A stretch of 10,623 bases of DNA from Bdellovibrionota bacterium (GTDB lineage Bacteria > Bdellovibrionota_C > UBA2361 > OMII01). Below are positions 6,039 through 10,623 of the stretch, in pieces. The notes under the pieces were generated by a model, which saw only the letters and a program-made list of their open reading frames with translations, was not told the DNA's origin and ran no database searches. Each line of letters begins with the position of its first letter. Position 1 is the first letter of the stretch. The DNA lies in assembly GCA_044356215.1 (NCBI GenBank), contig JBIKWQ010000093.1, forward strand, positions 1-10,623. Reading direction: 5' to 3'. Made by a program: the position numbers and the translations under genes.

Positions 6039-7548
6039 AAGTAAGCGATCCAAATACCCCTCTAGTAATTGATCTACCGATCTGGCTGCCGATTGAGCGG
6101 GCGACACTTACCATCATCGCCTCAAGTGGGCTCTGTCTCGTTCTCTTGCCAGAGCCACTATTAGCCGCTCCCGATCCGAATATACCCGAGAGGATAGAGC
6201 CGTTTGATTCGTTCGTTACTTCACTTGATCCTTTAGGCGTGTCTTTACTCGCGGTAGCCTGACTCGCATCGTTCATGCGCTTTGTTAAGATCTCATAAGC
6301 CGATTCGCGATCGATACTTTTCTCGTAGGTTCCGTAAACGGTCGACGAGGTTATAACAGCCTTCCTCTCCTCTGGAGTGATAGCGCCTAGGCGACTCTGT
6401 GGTGGAACAACAAGAGCGCGCTTGGCTATGCATGGAGATCCCTTCTCATCAAGAAGAGAAACCACCGCCTCGCCTATCGCCAACTCGCCGATCACTTCCT
6501 GTAGATTCATCGACCCGTCACTTCTAAATGTCTCAGCGGTAGCTTTAATCGCCTTCTGATCCTTAGCTGTAAAGGCGCGCAGGGCGTGTTGAACTCTGTT
6601 GCCCAATTGCGTTAACACAGTATCGGCGATATCTAATGGGCTCTGAGAAACGAAATAAACTCCGACACCTTTCGATCTAATCAGTCTAACCACCTGCTCA
6701 ATTCTCTCAATAAGCGCCTTTGGAGCCTCGTTAAAGAGTAGGTGAGCCTCATCAAAGAAGAATACAAGCTTTGGCTTAGCTAGGTCGCCCTCTTCTGGAA
6801 GTTTCTCGAATAGCTCAGAGAGGAGCCAGAGAAGTAGGGTGGAGTAAACCAGCGGGGAATTTAGTAATTTCTCAGCGCTAAGGATGTTGATCACCCCACG
6901 CCCCGACGAGTCTGTTTGTAGGAGGTCATCTATGGTCAGAGCTGGCTCTCCAAAGAAAACCTCTCCGCCACTATCTTTTAGCGCGAGTAGCGATCGCTGA
7001 ATCGCGCCTATGCTCGCCGCAGAGATGTTTCCGTATTCAAGGGTAAATTTCTGCGCGTTCTCTCCAACATAAACTAACATCGCTTGGAGATCCTTTAGAT
7101 CTAAGAGCAACATCCCAGCATCATCAGCCGCTTTAAACACTATATTAAGCACGCCCGCTTGAGTGTCGTTTAGGTTTAATAGTCTGGACAGAAGGACTGG
7201 ACCGATCTCCGAGATCGTCGTGCGCATCGGATGGCCATTTACTCCGAGCACATCCCATAAAACAACCGGATAAGCTTGCGGGGCCCAATCCTCTATTCCT
7301 AAGGTATTTAAGCGCTCCGATAACTTATCTGATTTCACTCCCGGTTGGCTTAGCCCTGCCAAGTCTCCCTTAACATCCGCCATAAAAACCGGGACCCCCA
7401 TTCTACTGAATCCTTCAGCGAGGACCCGTAGAGTTACGGTTTTGCCGGTGCCTGTGGCTCCCGCTATCAAACCGTGACGGTTAGCCATACTAGGAAGTAG
7501 TTCCAAGATTTCAGAGCCAGATCGGGCGACAGTAAGTGGAGCGCTCAT
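6019..7548 (-). CDS. yjgR: DUF853 / YjgR family HerA-like P-loop ATPase
   Basis: 509 aa. ANRHGLIAGATGTGKTVTL (Walker A), ADVKGDL, KPKLVFFFDEAHLLF (Walker B), IRSKGVGVYF, QLGNRVQHALRAFT and DRESAYEIL. It has a 20-bp convergent overlap with glpD. Confidence 0.93.
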   Translation of the reverse strand: MSAPLTVARSGSEILELLPSMANRHGLIAGATGTGKTVTLRVLAEGFSRMGVPVFMADVKGDLAGLSQPGVKSDKLSERLNTLGIEDWAPQAYPVVLWDVLGVNGHPMRTTISEIGPVLLSRLLNLNDTQAGVLNIVFKAADDAGMLLLDLKDLQAMLVYVGENAQKFTLEYGNISAASIGAIQRSLLALKDSGGEVFFGEPALTIDDLLQTDSSGRGVINILSAEKLLNSPLVYSTLLLWLLSELFEKLPEEGDLAKPKLVFFFDEAHLLFNEAPKALIERIEQVVRLIRSKGVGVYFVSQSPLDIADTVLTQLGNRVQHALRAFTAKDQKAIKATAETFRSDGSMNLQEVIGELAIGEAVVSLLDEKGSPCIAKRALVVPPQSRLGAITPEERKAVITSSTVYGTYEKSIDRESAYEILTKRMNDASQATASKDTPKGSSEVTNESNGSILSGIFGSGAANSGSGKRTRQSPLEAMMVSVARSIGSQIGRSITRGVFGSLTSKGGRR

Positions 7549-7822
7549 GGTTGTTTATCCCCTGATAATTTAGCTATTTAAGCTTAAGATATGACGCGAA
7601 TCATAGAGAGCTTATTACACGTGAACTATAGTGTAAACCGACTTGTGCCAGGCTCTTTTCCCACGAGTTTGTGGCAACTTTCAATTAAATAGTCTCGATT
7701 CTCAATTTAAAGGCGTTAACTGGCGTGAATCAGAGAAGCCGTCAGAAAACTTCTATTTAAGCACCGAATGAGCCACCTTGTGGTTTAATGTATTACTAAC
7801 AGATAGCGAGGTAGTTTGATTT

Positions 7823-8929
7823 ATGGCGATTGAGTTAGGCGCGCTGAATGATAATAAAGCGATCATAGAAGCGGACCATTTAAGCGATATTATATCTAGT
7901 TACCGTGTCTTGGCCTTCAAATTTGATCAAGATGGTCGATGTGTCTACGCGCATAGTAAAGCGTGCGAAGTTCTTGGGATTTCAGCGAATGAGATTGTTG
8001 GCCGCGGAATATCTGAGATGCTTCCGCCACCCGATGAGAACTTTCTGAGCTACACGGCGGCCCTAGGTCAGGTCTTCGGTAGGGGGGAGGTTGCTGACTG
8101 CAGATTCACTCTGCAGAGAAATGGGGTTAAGAGAGAGTACCTGATAGTTTTTACTCAAGCGCCGCATCAGGAAGCAGAGACGCGGATCGCCTATGGATTA
8201 GCTTTCGAGATAAGCAAGATCTTAAGAGATCTTCACGCGAGCGATCGCAGGAAGGATCAATTTCTGGCGATCGTGGCGCACGAGATGCGTAACCCTATTT
8301 CATCGCTAGCTGCAGGGCTGCGCCTGCTTGAGCACTCGTCTACTCAGATGCCGTTAGCTGAAGTTCGAAGGTTAATGGGAAGCCAGATAGCTAACTTAAG
8401 CCGTTTAGTTGATGACATTCTCGACGTGTCTCACATAAGAAACGGGCGCCTGAGCCTTAAGTTAGAGTTAATTGACGCGCATGAGGTGGTCAAGGCAGCG
8501 CTCGATACCTGCAGGGAGGCGATAGAGCGTGGTAATCACGAGCTTCGAGTTGATTACGCTAGTGAGAAGATTCCGATGTTGGCGGATAGCCAACGTTTGT
8601 CGCAGGTCTTGGTCAATCTTCTCGACAATGCAGCCAAGTACACTCCGCCTGGAGGAAAGATAACCCTAAAGGTAAGCGAGGAGAGTGGTGATGTGTTTTT
8701 CTCCGTGTCAGACAATGGGATCGGCGTATCTCCTGAATATGCGCACAAGATATTTGAGCTCTTCTCTCAGCTTGAACCTGGATTAGATAAGCGTGGAGGG
8801 GGCGTGGGTATAGGACTCTACTTAGTTAAGATGATTGTAGAGGCACATAACGGCAGGATTCAGCTTGTCAGCGATGGAGCGGGCAAGGGGAGCGCGTTTG
8901 TAGTGAGGATTCCTGTGGTGAATGCTTGA
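7823..8929 (+). CDS. Cytoplasmic PAS-domain sensor histidine kinase (HisKA + HATPase_c), no receiver domain
   Basis: 368 aa. PAS-like FDQDGRCVYAHSKACEVLGISANEIVGR, H box AHEMRNP, N box NLLDNAAKYT, G1 DNGIG, F box IFELF and G2 GVGIGL. No obvious transmembrane segment. Confidence 0.92.
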   Translation: MAIELGALNDNKAIIEADHLSDIISSYRVLAFKFDQDGRCVYAHSKACEVLGISANEIVGRGISEMLPPPDENFLSYTAALGQVFGRGEVADCRFTLQRNGVKREYLIVFTQAPHQEAETRIAYGLAFEISKILRDLHASDRRKDQFLAIVAHEMRNPISSLAAGLRLLEHSSTQMPLAEVRRLMGSQIANLSRLVDDILDVSHIRNGRLSLKLELIDAHEVVKAALDTCREAIERGNHELRVDYASEKIPMLADSQRLSQVLVNLLDNAAKYTPPGGKITLKVSEESGDVFFSVSDNGIGVSPEYAHKIFELFSQLEPGLDKRGGGVGIGLYLVKMIVEAHNGRIQLVSDGAGKGSAFVVRIPVVNA

Positions 8930-9026
8930 CCAAAGTGTGGCTAGTGGAGACGTATAATAAACCGCCAGGATTGATAACTGAAAAGTCAGGAGGAGAGCCA
9001 GCGTAGCCGGCTACAGTCGTTACCGG

Positions 9027-9054
9027 GATTAAGCTCGCGTAAGCGAGCTTAATC
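9027..9054. terminator. Perfect 12-bp hairpin between the convergent kinase and rpsN genes; probable terminator or 3'-end stabiliser
   Basis: GATTAAGCTCGC-GTAA-GCGAGCTTAATC lies 8 nt beyond the rpsN stop. There is no long U-tract on either side. Confidence 0.6.
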
Positions 9055-9062
9055 ATCGCTTA

Positions 9063-9368
9063 CTACCAGCTAGACTTAGTAACACCAGGGATAAGACCCT
9101 TGTGAGCCATCTCGCGGAAAACGATACGCGAGATCATAAACTTTTTGTAAATACCACGAGGACGTCCAGATAGCTGGCAACGATTGCGGACACGCTCCTT
9201 AGCTCCGTTACGTGGAAGAGATTGAAGCTTCATGCGAGCCTTGTAACGCTCCTCATCAGAGATCTTTGGGTCGAGCGCTTTTTCCTTTAGCTCTTGGCGC
9301 TTAGCGTATTGGTTAGCTGCCATTCTGATGCGCTTTTCGTTGCGGAGAGTTGTGCTTTTCTTTGCCAT
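9063..9368 (-). CDS. rpsN: 30S ribosomal protein S14, long zinc-independent (C-) type
   Basis: 101 aa [54 protein letters not shown]. It has only one Cys, so no CxxC..CxxC zinc ribbon. Confidence 0.98.
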   Translation of the reverse strand: MAKKSTTLRNEKRIRMAANQYAKRQELKEKALDPKISDEERYKARMKLQSLPRNGAKERVRNRCQLSGRPRGIYKKFMISRIVFREMAHKGLIPGVTKSSW

Positions 9369-9458
9369 ATCTGTACTTAACTTCTAACTGCTGCCTATCG
9401 GCTAGCTTGTTAACAATTTCCTTTCGATCTGTCTCTTTTAGAATTTTTCAGAACGAGG

Positions 9459-9492
9459 TGCGACATCATATCACAGTTTCTGTTTAAGTCCA
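9459..9492 (-). promoter_or_regulatory. Candidate sigma70 promoter for rpsN with an overlapping imperfect palindrome
   Basis: Minus strand TGGACT (9492-9487), a 16-nt spacer ending in TGA, then TATGAT (9470-9465). An 8-1-8 inverted repeat TGTGATAT-G-ATGTCGCA (9475-9459, 6 of 8 positions matching) covers the -10 box. Confidence 0.5.
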
Positions 9493-9569
9493 TGATCTGA
9501 GAAGCAAGTTTAAAGATCCGGCCGTAAGTTGCTAACATATTGAATATAGGCGGTATTTAGCGCTGCTTA

Positions 9570-9657
9570 GCGAGGCGAGGCAAAACCTCGCCTTCGCGAG
9601 TTTTTGCTCGGTAACGGCGCTTATCGCGCCGTTTAGGGTCTGAAATCGCGATGATTT
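9570..9657. other. Cluster of tandem hairpins downstream of nfo
   Basis: AGGCGAGG/CCTCGCCT (9573-9593), CGAG/CTCG (9597-9610), AACGGCGC/GCGCCGTT (9613-9633) and AAATC/GATTT (9643-9657). Confidence 0.6.
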
Positions 9658-9668
9658 GCCGCTCTTAC

Positions 9669-10523
9669 TTAGCCCCTCTTTTCACTAAAACCGATTAGCT
9701 TATCAACCTCACTGCGTGCGCCATCAAGGCTCTCGAGGGCTGGGGTCTCCAAGATAAAGGGTATCTCAACTAACTTTGGATGGTTAAAGAACCGCTCGAG
9801 AGCCGCGGCGCCGATCAAGCCATCTCCGATATTTTCGTGACGGTCCTTCTTGCTAGCGCACGGAGTTTTGCTGTCGTTTAAGTGGATCGACCAAACCTTA
9901 TCTATAGTCATAGCGCTCTCAATATTCGAGATCACTTGCTCTTGATCCTCCACTAAGTTGTACCCGCTGGCCCACATATGCTGCGTATCAAGACCGAATC
10001 CAACCAACTCTTTGCGCTCTAGTTGTGAATAGATTAACGCGAGCTCCTCAAGCCGATCCCCGATGATACTCCCTGAACCAGCCGCAACCTCCATAATTAA
10101 TCGCGAGTTCTTAGGGGCGCGCTCAAGCACCCAATTAAGCCCAGAGACAACACGGTCGTATCCTTCCTCATCGCTAGGTTGGTCCTTCATACTTCCGACA
10201 TGAAAGATCACACCAGCGCCATCAATTCGCGCGCTGAGATCTAAATAGTTCAGCAGAGATGTTTTAGCCATGTGAAACTTCTGCGGATCCGGAGTCGCCA
10301 TATTAATTAGATAGATAGCGTGGAAGAAAACCTTCTCAAGACACGAGCCCTGGCGAAGTTTATTAAACGCGTCCTCAGCTCCTTCAGCGAATGGTTGTGA
10401 GTTCCATCTCTGTGGTGGAGATGGATGAATCTGTATCGTGTTAATATTGAGTTCGATAGCGGCCTTAGCCGCGTTGACCAGACCGCCCGCGCAAGAAACG
10501 TGGGCACCAAAGTAGCGCTTCAT
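9669..10523 (-). CDS. nfo: Endonuclease IV (AP endonuclease family 2)
   Basis: GAHVS..GG, FHAIYLINMA, IFHVGS, MEVAAG.G..IG, GLDTQHMWASGY, IHLNDSK, DRHENIGDGLIG and PFILETP provide the Zn-ligand motifs. Start reassigned from TTG 10556 to ATG 10523 (MKRYFGAHVS), 284 aa. Confidence 0.97.
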   Translation of the reverse strand: MKRYFGAHVSCAGGLVNAAKAAIELNINTIQIHPSPPQRWNSQPFAEGAEDAFNKLRQGSCLEKVFFHAIYLINMATPDPQKFHMAKTSLLNYLDLSARIDGAGVIFHVGSMKDQPSDEEGYDRVVSGLNWVLERAPKNSRLIMEVAAGSGSIIGDRLEELALIYSQLERKELVGFGLDTQHMWASGYNLVEDQEQVISNIESAMTIDKVWSIHLNDSKTPCASKKDRHENIGDGLIGAAALERFFNHPKLVEIPFILETPALESLDGARSEVDKLIGFSEKRG

Positions 10524-10623
10524 AAATCCTACACTTCCCCCAGGGAAGGCCGGCAAAACCCCTCCCTACTGCGAAAGCGGATCTTGAGCTGCTCTTCGAG
10601 TTTTCGAGATGGGAAAAAATCCT

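Noticed and set aside
6019..7548. HerA-like ATPase as part of an anti-phage system (e.g. Sir2-HerA or nuclease-HerA)
   Set aside because: The sequence is the widespread DUF853/YjgR type and has no adjacent effector gene.
8868..9056. 62-aa minus-strand ORF, and GTATAAT...GTTACCG as another attC
   Set aside because: The ORF starts inside a hairpin region and overlaps the kinase end with no motif. The attC reading lacks paired L boxes and a valid R'.
10524..10623. N-terminal extension of nfo or the 3' end of an upstream gene
   Set aside because: Family similarity begins at ATG 10523. The 100 nt available are too short to decide which frame, if any, is coding.

Overview
Bacterial chromosomal window in two parts. 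The left part (about 1-4340) is an accessory region that reads as a decaying integron-type gene-cassette array with no integrase inside the window. It has two well-formed attC-like sites (1695-1751, 2745-2836), two degenerate ones (2074-2167, 3393-3451) and a possible left half-site (4300-4319). These sites separate a DUF4160/DUF2442 toxin-antitoxin-like pair, an inverted addiction-module antitoxin whose RelE/ParE toxin survives only as a 35-codon C-terminal remnant, an intact inverted RelE/RelB-like pair, a GNAT acetyltransferase and a divergent NagB/6PGL-fold protein. A SAM-dependent methyltransferase and a 9-bp-periodic palindromic repeat lie further left. The right part (4392-10623) is housekeeping-like: glpD, a DUF853/YjgR HerA-like ATPase, an orphan PAS-histidine kinase, a stand-alone zinc-independent rpsN (S14) and nfo (endonuclease IV). 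All family calls come from motif recognition by eye; no database searches were run.
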